DNA of 64,000 nt from an uncultured Pseudomonadales bacterium (GTDB lineage Bacteria; Patescibacteriota; Microgenomatia; UBA1400; MFAQ01): contig CAZENT010000002.1 in the NCBI GenBank assembly GCA_964513845.1, forward strand, positions 75,916-139,915. The letters run 5' to 3'. Under the pieces are notes generated by a model. It was given only the letters and a program-made list of their open reading frames with translations. It did no database searches and was not told the origin of the DNA. A program made the translations under genes and the position numbers. The stretch's first letter is position 1, and the number at the start of each line of letters is the position of its first letter. Shown here one piece after another: positions 1 to 9,384 of this stretch.

Positions 1-1257
1 ACCAACATTTTTGTCTTCTTCAGTTCCCAAGTTTAGACCGAGAACGGAGTCCATGACATTGATCAAATTCTTTTTAGCAGCGTCAGATATATCACTCTTC
101 ATCATTTCCCAGACAACAGACAAGGCGGAAGAAGTATTTAAATCATCTTCCATTGCCGCCACAAATTTTGTGTAAAACTCTTTTCCTTCATTGGAATATC
201 CATCCGCCGTTACCGGTTCATCGGTCAGATCGACCACCATTTTATTTAATTTTGTCCAAGCAGTTTTGGCTCCATTCAGGCCTTCCCAGGTAAAGTTCAT
301 CTGTTTACGATAGTGAGTCGTCAAGAAATAATATCGCAAAGCGATAGGTGCAAAACCCTTTTCCTCCAGATCGGTCAATTTATACAAATTATTAAATCCT
401 TTACCCATTTTTTTTCCGTCTACCATCAAAAAAGAGGTATGCATCCAGTATTTCACAAATGGTTTCTTACCGGTTCCAGCCTCACTCTGAGCAATCTCAT
501 TTGGATGATGGATCGAAAGATGATCTTCTCCTCCGGTGTGAATATCAAACTGTTCACCCAAATACTTCATACTCATCGCTGAGCACTCGATATGCCAGCC
601 AGGGAAACCATCACCCCAAGGACTACTCCAGTGCATTACATGGTCTTTATACTTACCCACTCTTTTAAACCAAAGTACAAAGTCTGCCGGATGTTTCTTT
701 GAATTGTTTGTTTCCACCTCTTCACGAGACCCAACTGTTTTGTCTTCAAAGCTTTGATTAAACATTTTGCCATAGTCTGCAAATTTTGTGACATCAAAAT
801 ATACTGCCTCTTCAGTATCGTAAGCAAAGCCATTGGCCATTATTTTCTCTATCAAAGCTACTTGGTCTTCAACGTGCTCGGTTGCCTTACAAATCACTGT
901 TGGGGGAAGAATATTCAACTCTTTCATCACATTGTTGAAATACTCGGTATACTCTTTCGCCACTTCCCAAACCGTCATTCCGGTAATAGACGCCCCTTTT
1001 TCCATTTTGTCTTCACCTTCATCTCCATCAGAAATCAAGTGCCCCACATCTGTCACATTCTGTACATGTTTCACCTTTAACTCTTCTATTATTTCCAGTG
1101 TTCGGCGCAATACGTCATCTGTGACATATTTTCGGCCATGACCAATATGGGTAAATCCGTAAACTGTGGGACCACAAGCATACATTCCAATTTCGCCTTT
1201 ATGAATCGGCACTATCTCTTCAACCTTCTTCGACAGACTATTAAATATTTTAAGCAT
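1..1257 (-). CDS. cysS: Cysteinyl-tRNA synthetase; N-terminal ~419 aa visible, C-terminus runs off the window start
   Basis: Minus-strand translation from ATG at 1257 gives [42 protein letters not shown] with a class-I HIGH motif and a KMGKG (KMSKS-like) region. The frame stays open to position 1. Confidence 0.85.
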   Translation of the reverse strand, partial: MLKIFNSLSKKVEEIVPIHKGEIGMYACGPTVYGFTHIGHGRKYVTDDVLRRTLEIIEELKVKHVQNVTDVGHLISDGDEGEDKMEKGASITGMTVWEVAKEYTEYFNNVMKELNILPPTVICKATEHVEDQVALIEKIMANGFAYDTEEAVYFDVTKFADYGKMFNQSFEDKTVGSREEVETNNSKKHPADFVLWFKRVGKYKDHVMHWSSPWGDGFPGWHIECSAMSMKYLGEQFDIHTGGEDHLSIHHPNEIAQSEAGTGKKPFVKYWMHTSFLMVDGKKMGKGFNNLYKLTDLEEKGFAPIALRYYFLTTHYRKQMNFTWEGLNGAKTAWTKLNKMVVDLTDEPVTADGYSNEGKEFYTKFVAAMEDDLNTSSALSVVWEMMKSDISDAAKKNLINVMDSVLGLNLGTEEDKNVG

Positions 1258-1305
1258 GGCTCTATTTTAACTCATTCATGGATAATTTCTTTATTCCTTC
1301 TCTTT

Positions 1306-1749
1306 CTATTCTTGCAATCTTCCTTTTTCCGTCCCAGTTTGCGCGCGATTAATCATATTTTTTACCCAAGAATCTTTCTTTTGTTTTTCTACAGCCTTTT
1401 CTTGATGTTCTTGTTGATTTTGTGCCGCTTTTTCCTGAGCAATTTTTTGATCCTGTTGTTTCTTCCAGTTAATATATCTATCCAACTCCGCTCGAACTTC
1501 GTCAAACCTTCTTTTTTCCTCAGCCTTTATCTTATTTTTTTCGGCGACGCGATCATCGGCCGTTTTTGTTTTTTCTGTTGCCTTAGGCATTACCTGTCCT
1601 GGAGCTGCAGCGGTAATCTGTTCGATCGACTCAGAAGCAACATCTGCCACTGCTTTTACCGTTCCTTGAACAGCACTTTTACCTAACTCAAATAATTCAT
1701 CGGCCACATTCTGGCCGACTTGACCTAATACACTGGGCATTACTTTCAT
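1306..1749 (-). CDS. Hypothetical charged, coiled-coil-like protein (147 aa)
   Basis: ORF track. Lys/Glu/Gln-rich C-terminal half. No recognisable family. Confidence 0.5.
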   Translation of the reverse strand: MKVMPSVLGQVGQNVADELFELGKSAVQGTVKAVADVASESIEQITAAAPGQVMPKATEKTKTADDRVAEKNKIKAEEKRRFDEVRAELDRYINWKKQQDQKIAQEKAAQNQQEHQEKAVEKQKKDSWVKNMINRAQTGTEKGRLQE

Positions 1750-1788
1750 TTAACCACAATCCGAAACAAATTCTTCAGTTAAATACTT

Positions 1789-2397
1789 CTACATCTCACT
1801 TCTACCCTCCAAAGCCCGCAAAAGTGTCTGACCATCGGCATACTCCACATCCGCTCCCGTAGGCAATCCTCTGCCAATTCTGGTAATTTTTATGCCCTCA
1901 TCCATTCCCATGTCTTTTATCTTCTGAGTAAGGTACATGGCAGTCGCCTCTCCCTCCATGTTTGGATTGGTCGCAATAATCAATTCTTTAATTTCTTTTG
2001 TTTTTACCCGTCCCAACAGTTGGGGAATGCGCAAATCATTGGGTCCAATATTGGCCAATGGATTTATTACTCCTCCCAGTACGTGATACACCCCTCTAAA
2101 ACCATCAGCCCTCTCAAAGGCTAAAAGGTCAAGAGAGTTCTCCACCACACACACTTGGGATCTATCGCGGCTTTCATCCTGACAAACAGGGCAAAACTCT
2201 TCTTCACCCACGTTAAAACATAGAGCGCATAGCTTGGTATCTTTTTTTAAGTTCTCCAACGCTTCAGAAAACTTCGTCAGCTTTTCTTGAGGAACATTTA
2301 AAAGGTAATATGCCAAACGAGCCGCTGATTTTGGTCCCACACCAGGCAAAGACTCAAACGCATCAATTACTTTTTGAACCGGACGTATGCTGCGCAT
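1789..2397 (-). CDS. recR: Recombination protein RecR
   Basis: N-terminal LPGVGPKSAARLAYYLL helix-hairpin-helix, a C4 zinc finger (CALCFNV...CPVC) and a Toprim region. Immediately downstream of ybaB as in the conserved dnaX-ybaB-recR cluster. Confidence 0.92.
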   Translation of the reverse strand: MRSIRPVQKVIDAFESLPGVGPKSAARLAYYLLNVPQEKLTKFSEALENLKKDTKLCALCFNVGEEEFCPVCQDESRDRSQVCVVENSLDLLAFERADGFRGVYHVLGGVINPLANIGPNDLRIPQLLGRVKTKEIKELIIATNPNMEGEATAMYLTQKIKDMGMDEGIKITRIGRGLPTGADVEYADGQTLLRALEGRSEM

Positions 2398-2403
2398 ATT
2401 TCC

Positions 2404-2703
2404 TTAAATTCCCATCCCTTTCGGCATGTTGGCGAGCACCTTAGACAAGTCCCCCATCGAGTCTTTCATTTCTTCAGCCGAGTACTTCTGAGCCTTAGTT
2501 ATGGCTTCATTGATCACTTTCACAGCTTTATTCATATTTTCTCCGTCGATAAAAAGCTCTTTAAGCTTTCCATCACCTGTAACCACAGCTTTAACATCAT
2601 TTTCCTCCACTTCAGTCTTATGGTTCTGAATTTTTTTCTGTAGTATAGCGAGCTTAGCAATAGCGGCACCCTGAGATCCAAATTGTTTTATTCCATTAAA
2701 CAT
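2404..2703 (-). CDS. ybaB: Nucleoid-associated protein YbaB/EbfC
   Basis: 99 aa. MGDLSKVLANMPKGMGI and QKKIQ...VTGDGKLKEL motifs typical of YbaB. Sits between dnaX and recR. Confidence 0.85.
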   Translation of the reverse strand: MFNGIKQFGSQGAAIAKLAILQKKIQNHKTEVEENDVKAVVTGDGKLKELFIDGENMNKAVKVINEAITKAQKYSAEEMKDSMGDLSKVLANMPKGMGI

Positions 2704-2766
2704 TTTTAAAATTAACTTTTAACAAAACCTATTATAACAACTCCATAAAATATTATTATCGAGGTT

Positions 2767-2950
2767 AAATATTTCTCTTTCCGTTTGGCAATTTAGTATT
2801 TTTTGACAATGAGTCGCACGTCCGTAATTTTCTTGACGATCAGACTACTGTCTGCGACGCTACGCGATGAGCGGCTAGAGTCAAGAAAATAGGAACCGAC
2901 GGTCACCACAGGTGACGTCAAAAAAACTAAATGACAAAAGAGGAAAGAGT
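2767..2950. ncRNA. Conserved ~185-nt non-coding element, copy 1 of 2; candidate structured sRNA with its own promoter-like TTGACA
   Basis: Near-identical to 40333..40516 (same orientation). Substitutions between copies are compensatory in an 8-bp stem (UUCUUGAC/GUCAAGAA versus UUCUUGAU/AUCAAGAA). Conserved hairpin GACGGUCACC-ACA-GGUGACGUC. ORFs over it (2793..3002 minus) are not conserved in frame between copies. Confidence 0.45.
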
Positions 2951-3050
2951 GTCTAGTTTTTAAAAATGTATAAGGCGACAAGTCTAGTACTGAGGAAAAC
3001 AATAAAGTTTTGACTGTGAAGAAATATGTACGGCAGGAATCAAGAAAATA

Positions 3051-4580
3051 TTACCCCCCGAATATCTTCTCCGCCGCCCCAATAATCCCTTTATCCTCAA
3101 CCCCCTCATTATTAATCGGCTCAACATTCAAGTCTTGTTCCTCCGGCTCAGTTCTCTCCGGACCTTTCTCCCCCAGAACACACTTGAAAGTCATCGGTCC
3201 CCAAATCTTTGTCATCTGTTCTTCAATTACTTTCTTTTTGACATCCCGCTCCAACATATCTTGTTGAAATCTTGAGGTGACGGACAAAGTAAGTGATTTA
3301 CCTTTTACATCTACAGGAGAAACCAGTCTTAGCATTCCGGCGAGAGACCCATTACTGGAAGACATCACATTCAAAAAGTCTGTCCACTCCATTTTTATCT
3401 TATCAATACTCGCCAAAGGCCCGTCATAATTTTGAACAACAACATTACCCTTATCTTCAACTTCTTCCGTTTGGATAGCACTTTCTGTACTTACAGTTTT
3501 TTCAGAAACGCTTTGGGCAGGCGTCTCAACTTTTGGGTGGACTACGCCTCCCCCGCTGTCATCAATTGCTAAAGTTAACAAGGCAATTTCTAAAGGTAAT
3601 AAGGGCAATGGAGATACTTTAATCTTGTCAGTCGCCTCGATCAGCTCATCTATCAATTTCAACTCATCTTTAATACCCACTCCTTTTTCTAAATTTTCCT
3701 CCAACAAAATTTTTACTTCATTCAAAAGAGAGGTTGCCAGTATTTGTGCTTTTATACCCACTTTTTCCATCTCTCCAAATATCTTCACAATTTTTACCGA
3801 CTCCCTATTTTTCGCCGCTTCCAATAATTTCTTTACCGATTGTCGGCCCACAATTCCCAGTACCTGTAAAACCAAAACTGAGTCGATTGTTTTTCCATAT
3901 GCCGCCACTTGTTCCAATAATTTATGTCCTTCACGAAAACTGCCATCAGTTGCATCGGCAATTTCTCTCAAGGCTTCTTCATCAATGTCGATTGCTTCGT
4001 TCTTAACCGCCTTCATCAAAGACTCCACAATTTCTTTGATACTCGCTTTGGTAAAGTTTACTCTGGCACAGCGACTGATAATTGTTTCCGGCACTTTCTG
4101 AGCTTCGGTTGTACAAAGAATAAAGATGGCGTGAGCAGGTGGCTCTTCCAAAGTCTTCAAAAGAGCGTTAAATCCTGCTGTTGACACCATGTGTACCTCA
4201 TCAATGATGTAAACCTTTTTAGGAAGTACTACAGGTGCTAGTCGCACCTTTTCTCGCAAGTCGCGGATATCATCTACCAAACCACTACTGGCAGCGTCTA
4301 TCTCTATAACATCCACACCATTTCCTGAATTAAGGCTGACACAAGCGTCACACTTACCGCAAGGCTCCTCAAGATTATCTTTCTTTCCTTGATTTCTCTC
4401 ACAGTTCACCACTTGTGCCAAAATTCTGGCCGTACTGGTCTTTCCTGATCCTCGAGGACCCACAAAAAGATAGGCATGAGAAATTTTCCCGCTCTTCAGT
4501 GTTGATTCCAAAGAATCTCTCACAGACACAAGGTCAAGCTCGCAAATTTTCTTTGGTCGGTATTTCTGATAAAAACTCAC
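3051..4580 (-). CDS. dnaX: DNA polymerase III subunit gamma/tau
   Basis: AAA+ clamp-loader N-terminus (YRPKKICELDLVSVRDSL..., Walker A GPRGSGKTS, zinc module CGKCDAC, DEVHM box). Confidence 0.93.
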   Translation of the reverse strand: MSFYQKYRPKKICELDLVSVRDSLESTLKSGKISHAYLFVGPRGSGKTSTARILAQVVNCERNQGKKDNLEEPCGKCDACVSLNSGNGVDVIEIDAASSGLVDDIRDLREKVRLAPVVLPKKVYIIDEVHMVSTAGFNALLKTLEEPPAHAIFILCTTEAQKVPETIISRCARVNFTKASIKEIVESLMKAVKNEAIDIDEEALREIADATDGSFREGHKLLEQVAAYGKTIDSVLVLQVLGIVGRQSVKKLLEAAKNRESVKIVKIFGEMEKVGIKAQILATSLLNEVKILLEENLEKGVGIKDELKLIDELIEATDKIKVSPLPLLPLEIALLTLAIDDSGGGVVHPKVETPAQSVSEKTVSTESAIQTEEVEDKGNVVVQNYDGPLASIDKIKMEWTDFLNVMSSSNGSLAGMLRLVSPVDVKGKSLTLSVTSRFQQDMLERDVKKKVIEEQMTKIWGPMTFKCVLGEKGPERTEPEEQDLNVEPINNEGVEDKGIIGAAEKIFGG

Positions 4581-4791
4581 ACTAACACCTTATGTTGTCC
4601 CCCTCACTCGTGTCAACTACTAATAACCCAATCAAAACCACTCAGCTTTTTGCCGGACTATATCAATTGGCAGATTCTCCACTCCTCTCCAAATCGTCAA
4701 AAATTACTCAATAAAGTGAATTGGTTCACCTTATCGCCATAATCTAATTTTTTCTACAAAAAACCCAGGATTTCTCCCGGGTTTAAGATAA

Positions 4792-5178
4792 TTAACTATT
4801 TTTTCCGCTGTGTATGGTGATCGAATACCAATCACCGTCATGATTAGTAATGAATATTTGCTTATTGTCGCTAGAAATTTCTATTTCCAGCGCGCCATTC
4901 CAACCAGACACTGAAACCAACAAATCATCGGGGTCTTCAACCACAAAAACCAAGTACTCCCTTTTATATTTTTGCGGTCCTCGCTTTTCAAGGCGAATAG
5001 GGCCACCAGGACACTCGGTAAGCAGTTTCTGATCCGAAACAGTCACCAAGCCGCAACCGTCGCTCGACAAAATATAACGGAAATCAAACATGCGGCCGGT
5101 AAGCATTCTTGTCAGTGTTTGGATCGGAACTGACATTTCATTCAAACGAAAAACCACCTTTTTGGAAGTGTTGGTCAT
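4792..5178 (-). CDS. Hypothetical protein (128 aa)
   Basis: ORF track only. No recognisable motif. Confidence 0.4.
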   Translation of the reverse strand: MTNTSKKVVFRLNEMSVPIQTLTRMLTGRMFDFRYILSSDGCGLVTVSDQKLLTECPGGPIRLEKRGPQKYKREYLVFVVEDPDDLLVSVSGWNGALEIEISSDNKQIFITNHDGDWYSITIHSGKNS

Positions 5179-5196
5179 ATTAATTCTTCTCCCTTC

Positions 5197-5499
5197 CTAA
5201 TGATTAATTACAATCACCCTTGTTACAACATCTCGGCGCGATAGAAACCGGACAATAAATATATGATTTTCTGCGATGATAATCTTTGGCGACTCCTTTA
5301 AATCAAACGACAAGCTTCTGCTTGGGTTCAATAAGATCTTAATCAGCGTTCCATTTATATATATTCTATTTGATTTTAAGGACCGATCACACAAAACAAA
5401 TGGCAGATCGTTTAGCCTCGAGTGAAAAGAAACCACACTGAACGTATTACCCTCCAGCGCTGCCACAACGGCCTTGGCTTTTTCGATTAAGTCATACAC
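5197..5499 (-). CDS. rsfS: Possible ribosomal silencing factor RsfS (Iojap-like)
   Basis: About 100 aa. The pattern LIEKAKAVVAALEGNTFSVVSFHSRLNDLPFVLCDRS resembles the RsfS core. Position next to ybeY and rRNA-maturation genes is consistent. Confidence 0.4.
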   Translation of the reverse strand: MYDLIEKAKAVVAALEGNTFSVVSFHSRLNDLPFVLCDRSLKSNRIYINGTLIKILLNPSRSLSFDLKESPKIIIAENHIFIVRFLSRRDVVTRVIVINH

Positions 5500-5574
5500 A
5501 TCTCCACCTCCATGGGAAAAATAGATTTAACTCAAAGTACGCTGAGGATTGTACCACAAAACCACGCCTATAGT

Positions 5575-5964
5575 CTAATCGTGATGAATACCCAAAAGAT
5601 GCAACAAGCCATGGCAAGCCAAAAACTCGATTTCCTCATCGATAATTCTGTTCCATTGTAGAGCCTGTCTTTTGGCTTGTGGATAACAAATCACAATGTC
5701 TCCCAGATTCAGACCATCAAAGTCACCTGGCATCTCCACTCCTTCCTCCAAAGGAAACGAGAGCACATCTGTGACCTTATCTTCCCCAAAATACTTTTTC
5801 TCCAACTCCTTAATTTTTCTCTCCCCCACCACAGACAAAGAAATCTTAACCACACCACTAATGACTTCTTGTTCCTCAAGAGTTTTAACCAAAGCCTCTT
5901 TTACTCTCTTTCGATCAAAGGGATATCTGCTGTCTGCGGCAATGTCTAGTTCAAGTTTTACCAT
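5575..5964 (-). CDS. ybeY: Endoribonuclease YbeY (rRNA maturation factor)
   Basis: C-terminal HGLLHLLGIHHD zinc-binding motif characteristic of YbeY. 129 aa. Confidence 0.88.
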   Translation of the reverse strand: MVKLELDIAADSRYPFDRKRVKEALVKTLEEQEVISGVVKISLSVVGERKIKELEKKYFGEDKVTDVLSFPLEEGVEMPGDFDGLNLGDIVICYPQAKRQALQWNRIIDEEIEFLACHGLLHLLGIHHD

Positions 5965-5965
5965 A

Positions 5966-6394
5966 TTACTGGTACTTGGCCATCACAATTTTATTAATTA
6001 CAGACCCATCGGCCTTGCCTCGAAGTTTACCCATCACCGCTCCCATCAAGCGTCCGCCCGTAAGCCCGGTTTCAGCGGCAATTTTTGCCACCTCAGCTTC
6101 GACTTCAGACTCCGGCATCAAAGAGGGTAAGTATTTCTCAATCAAAGCCAATTCATATTTTTCCTGATCTGTACGAGCCACATCGCCAGCCTTTTCATAG
6201 ATCTCTATCGCATCACGACGTTTCTTGGCTTCTTTAGTCAGTACACGAATTACTTCTTCATCGGCCGGTTCTCCTTTTCGCAGGTCTATAGCATAGCCCA
6301 TCTCCGAAAGAATAAACTTCAAAGCACCAAGCAAACGAGTATCTCCCGCTTTGAGAGCAGTAACTGATTCTGACTTTATCTGTGAATATAACAT
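5966..6394 (-). CDS. yqeY: GatB/YqeY domain protein
   Basis: 142 aa. Yqey-like helical domain (LKFILSEMGY...KRRDAIEIYEKAGD...GGRLMGAVMGKLRGKADGS). Adjacent to rpsU as in Bacillus rpsU-yqeY. Confidence 0.75.
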   Translation of the reverse strand: MLYSQIKSESVTALKAGDTRLLGALKFILSEMGYAIDLRKGEPADEEVIRVLTKEAKKRRDAIEIYEKAGDVARTDQEKYELALIEKYLPSLMPESEVEAEVAKIAAETGLTGGRLMGAVMGKLRGKADGSVINKIVMAKYQ

Positions 6395-6430
6395 AAGAAC
6401 ATTATAAACCCGAAGTAACGAGTAAATCTC

Positions 6431-6667
6431 TTATTTTGTTAACCCAGCTGCACGCTTGTTACGACGACGAATTCTAGCCGAAGCTTTACGAAGTTCAATC
6501 ATCTTAATATTACGTATAGTTGAAGGTTTCTGGAAACCGGTCATTCCCACAGCTTTTACCCTTTCGAGTCCTGAATCCTCATAAGTCAATTTTTTGAATT
6601 CACTAATGAGTTGCTGTGTGGTTTGTCCTTGTTTTTTTCTTGCAACGAGTGCCATAAATAGATACAC
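6431..6667 (-). CDS. rpsU: 30S ribosomal protein S21
   Basis: Small, very basic protein (...ELRKASARIRRRNKRAAGLTK). Neighbours yqeY. Start may be the internal Met at 6652. Confidence 0.6.
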   Translation of the reverse strand: MYLFMALVARKKQGQTTQQLISEFKKLTYEDSGLERVKAVGMTGFQKPSTIRNIKMIELRKASARIRRRNKRAAGLTK

Positions 6668-6714
6668 CTACCTTTCTTGTACTCAATCCGCCTTTGGCGG
6701 ATAAAATATAGTCA

Positions 6715-7080
6715 TTATGTCGATCCACCTGGTTCGGCCTTAGAACCGCCCAGAATATGAATGTGTTCATGCTCGAAATGATTGTATCCTGCTCCATTGT
6801 TTACTAGTTTGTACCCAGTTTTATCTAGGCCGAGCAGGGCAACCACTTCAAAAACGACTGGCATTATTTTACCCCAGAACATACCACTTTCGCTAGTCCC
6901 AACTTCGACCTTTTTTACATGGTGCTTCGGCATAACCAATACATGCGTCGGAGCCACCGGATACTTATTTTTGATAGCTATGAACTCCTTATTCTCCCAG
7001 ACTATCTCTGCTGGCTCGCGGTGTTCTCCTATCTGGCAAAACAAACAATCTTTATCAATCATAACTAAATCATAAACCAT
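6715..7080 (-). CDS. HIT-family (histidine triad) nucleotide hydrolase
   Basis: Translation from Met at 7080 gives MVYDLVMIDKDCLFCQI...HVLVMPKHH...HEHIHIL (HxHxHxx triad). The upstream 59 codons of the track ORF look like a non-coding extension. Confidence 0.8.
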   Translation of the reverse strand: MVYDLVMIDKDCLFCQIGEHREPAEIVWENKEFIAIKNKYPVAPTHVLVMPKHHVKKVEVGTSESGMFWGKIMPVVFEVVALLGLDKTGYKLVNNGAGYNHFEHEHIHILGGSKAEPGGST

Positions 7081-7317
7081 ATTAATTCGAAACGCTAAAG
7101 CCCAAAACCTTGCTACTTTTTCTAAAAATATTGAAATAATTTTGTTTCGAAGTGTTTCACCCATTATAAAAATATTGCGCAAAGCCCAAAAGCCAGGTTT
7201 CTTGAGTAGTCTCAAGAATTTTGGGCTGCAAACAAGAACGGATTTGGCGCAGGCCAAATAGCGTTCGGTTTTTAGAATGGGTAAACACGGCAGAAACGCA
7301 AAAATAATTAAATATTT

Positions 7318-8400
7318 TTACTTCACAAACAGCTTAATAACATCTTTCACCGTAATCAAAACCATCAGCCCCAGAAGGAAAATCATTCCTCCGGTATTTA
7401 CATATCCTTCAATTAAATTCTTTCTTCTTTTACCGATGATTTTCTCTATCGCCAAAAACGCAATTCTTCCTCCATCCAAGGCTGGGAAAGGCATCACGTT
7501 CAGTATGGCCAAATTAATTGACAAAATACCCATAAACTGCAATACAGCTACCCAACCGACCTTGTAAACCTCTTTACTTACCTGATAAATTCCCACCGGA
7601 CCGGAAACATCTTTTGGCAACCCTTTTCCTGTTACCAGGTTAGTTACAATCATCCCCAAATTGCTGGCAATCTCTTTTCCCCAGCCCCAAGCTTCTTCCA
7701 GGCCAACCACCATTCCCCTAAAGGGCATTTGCCAAACTGGATACTTCTTCATTTCCATATTCGACAAGGCCACCCCAAGCGCTCCCTGACCTTCAGGTGG
7801 GTTTGCTCGAGGAGTAATCTTCACTGTTTTTTCCATTCCCGCCTTGTCACTTATTACCAGCTCTACCTCACTCCCCTTCAGGGTATCGATTTGTTTCACA
7901 AAACCATCAATCCCGGAAAAAGACACTTCTTTTTTATTGGAATAGATATTTTTAACCACGCTATTCATCTCAATTCCGGCCAGTGCAGCTGGAGAGTTTT
8001 CGGTAACTTCTACGATGATTACTTTGTCTGTTTTTGTTGGAATACCCAAATATGAATACACAATCCCAAAAACAACCACTCCCAGTATAAAGTTCATGAA
8101 TACTCCGGATAGCAGAACAGCCGCTCTTTGCCACATTGGTTTGTTAAAAAATGCCTCCGGCGAAGCCGCCTGCTCAGGGTTCTCCATGTCTTCGCCATAC
8201 AGCTTAACAAAACCACCCAAAGGCAGCCAGTTAAGGCTAAAAAGCGTCCCCCCACGACTAAACAATCGTTTGGCTCTCGGTGGCAAACCAATACCAAACT
8301 CCTCCACTTTCATTTTGAAAAGCCTTGCTGAAAAAAAGTGCCCCAGTTCGTGAATCAGAATTAATACCGAGAGCATGAGAACAAAAACAATTAGTTGCAT
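7318..8400 (-). CDS. rseP: Site-2 protease RseP (M50 zinc metalloprotease with PDZ domain)
   Basis: HELGHF HExxH motif in TM1, central PDZ-like region, and a C-terminal NVMPFPALDGG LDG motif. Confidence 0.9.
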   Translation of the reverse strand: MQLIVFVLMLSVLILIHELGHFFSARLFKMKVEEFGIGLPPRAKRLFSRGGTLFSLNWLPLGGFVKLYGEDMENPEQAASPEAFFNKPMWQRAAVLLSGVFMNFILGVVVFGIVYSYLGIPTKTDKVIIVEVTENSPAALAGIEMNSVVKNIYSNKKEVSFSGIDGFVKQIDTLKGSEVELVISDKAGMEKTVKITPRANPPEGQGALGVALSNMEMKKYPVWQMPFRGMVVGLEEAWGWGKEIASNLGMIVTNLVTGKGLPKDVSGPVGIYQVSKEVYKVGWVAVLQFMGILSINLAILNVMPFPALDGGRIAFLAIEKIIGKRRKNLIEGYVNTGGMIFLLGLMVLITVKDVIKLFVK

Positions 8401-8437
8401 TACTAAATCATACCAATATATTTGCTATCATGAAAAC

Positions 8438-8794
8438 ATGATTACTGATGCAGATGTCAAAAAATTAAAAAGGACCTTTGCCACCAAGGAAGAACTCGAA
8501 AAACTTGATTCCAGAACAGCCGAAGGCTTTCTTAATGTTCAAAATCAATTAAACGAGATTAAAGAAGATATTTCTGGGATGAAAGGTGATATTTCTGGAA
8601 TAAAAGGTGATATTTCCGGAATGAAGGGTGATATTTCTGATCTCAAAAACACCATGCTTACTATCCAAGATAATCTTGTTGGTGAAATCCATAAATTAAA
8701 TATCGAAAACCAAGTCACCGCCACCTATCGCCCTAAAATCGAAAATCACGAACAGCGAATCACCAAAGTCGAAACGGTCGTTTTCGCAAACTAA
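8438..8794 (+). CDS. Small coiled-coil protein with KGDISG(M/I) heptad repeats and conserved C-terminal T-A-T-Y-R-P...HEQRI...E motif; paralog of 29965..30204
   Basis: Starts at MITDADVKKL (the upstream part of the track ORF overlaps the rseP start). The C-terminus ATYRPKIENHEQRITKVE matches ASYRPMLTDHEKRISTLE in the 29965 gene. Confidence 0.55.
   Translation: MITDADVKKLKRTFATKEELEKLDSRTAEGFLNVQNQLNEIKEDISGMKGDISGIKGDISGMKGDISDLKNTMLTIQDNLVGEIHKLNIENQVTATYRPKIENHEQRITKVETVVFAN
8567..8644 (+). repeat. 21-nt in-frame tandem repeat (about 3.7 copies) encoding DISG(M/I)KG heptads
   Basis: gatatttctgggatgaaaggt / gatatttctggaataaaaggt / gatatttccggaatgaagggt / gatatttctgatctc. Confidence 0.9.
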
Positions 8795-9354
8795 ACCGCC
8801 ATTACTTCCTCTTCCTTAAGCCTGCTCATCTCATCAATTTTTTCATTCAACTCCCCGGTAATTTTGTCCAGCTGTTCCAAAAGCATATAGATATCGTCTT
8901 CGGAAACTTCTTTCTTTTCCTTAAGCGCATCAATCTTTTCTTTCACATCTTGGCGAGCCTGGCGAAGCATCACCTTTCCCGACTCGGTTTTTTGTTTTAG
9001 TAGTTTTACAAAGTCCAGTCTTCTATCTTGAGTCAAGGATGGGATTACGATACGGATTATGTCTCCCGAAACAGCTGGAGAAAGCCTCATCTCGCTATCG
9101 GCAATCGCTTTCTCAATATCTCGCATTAGCGACTTATCAAACGGGCTCACTATAAGCATGTTTGGATCAGGAGCAGAAATAGTTGCCACTTCCATCAAGC
9201 GCATACGGCCACCATATGCCATTACTCCCAGGTTCTCGATTAGACTCGGCTTGGCTCTGCCCACGCGAATAGTGTCAAAATCTTCTTCGACATTTTCAAT
9301 CACTCGGGCAAACTTCTGACGCAAGAGGGTAATTAACTCATGTTCTATAACCAT
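8791..9354 (-). CDS. frr: Ribosome recycling factor
   Basis: 187 aa. Canonical RRF sequence (IENLGVMAYGG...LMRDIEKAI...IPSLTQDRR). Confidence 0.93.
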   Translation of the reverse strand: MVIEHELITLLRQKFARVIENVEEDFDTIRVGRAKPSLIENLGVMAYGGRMRLMEVATISAPDPNMLIVSPFDKSLMRDIEKAIADSEMRLSPAVSGDIIRIVIPSLTQDRRLDFVKLLKQKTESGKVMLRQARQDVKEKIDALKEKKEVSEDDIYMLLEQLDKITGELNEKIDEMSRLKEEEVMAV

Positions 9355-9384
9355 ATCCTAATTGTACAACAGGAATTTAAACTA

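Noticed and set aside
313-1141. Several plus-strand ORFs (313..582, 459..668, 754..1080, 833..1141) overlapping cysS
   Set aside because: They lie antisense to a clearly recognisable cysS reading frame and have low-complexity, Cys/His/Phe-rich composition typical of antisense artefacts.
2767-2950. SRP (4.5S) RNA, which is often encoded next to dnaX
   Set aside because: The element is present in two copies with a second locus unrelated to dnaX. No GGAA tetraloop/domain-IV consensus was recognised. Kept as an unknown ncRNA instead.
2793-3002. 69-aa ORF (minus) inside the conserved 185-nt element; a similar 62-aa ORF (40427..40615) in copy 2
   Set aside because: The two 'proteins' share only a short stretch and then diverge by frame-disrupting differences between the DNA copies. 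The DNA conservation pattern (compensatory stem changes) fits RNA, not protein.
6603-7257. Upstream extension of the HIT ORF (7081..7257) and overlapping 64-aa ORF 6603..6797
   Set aside because: The HIT domain starts at the internal Met (MVYDL...). The extension overlaps the rpsU-HIT intergenic and promoter region. The 64-aa ORF overlaps rpsU antisense.
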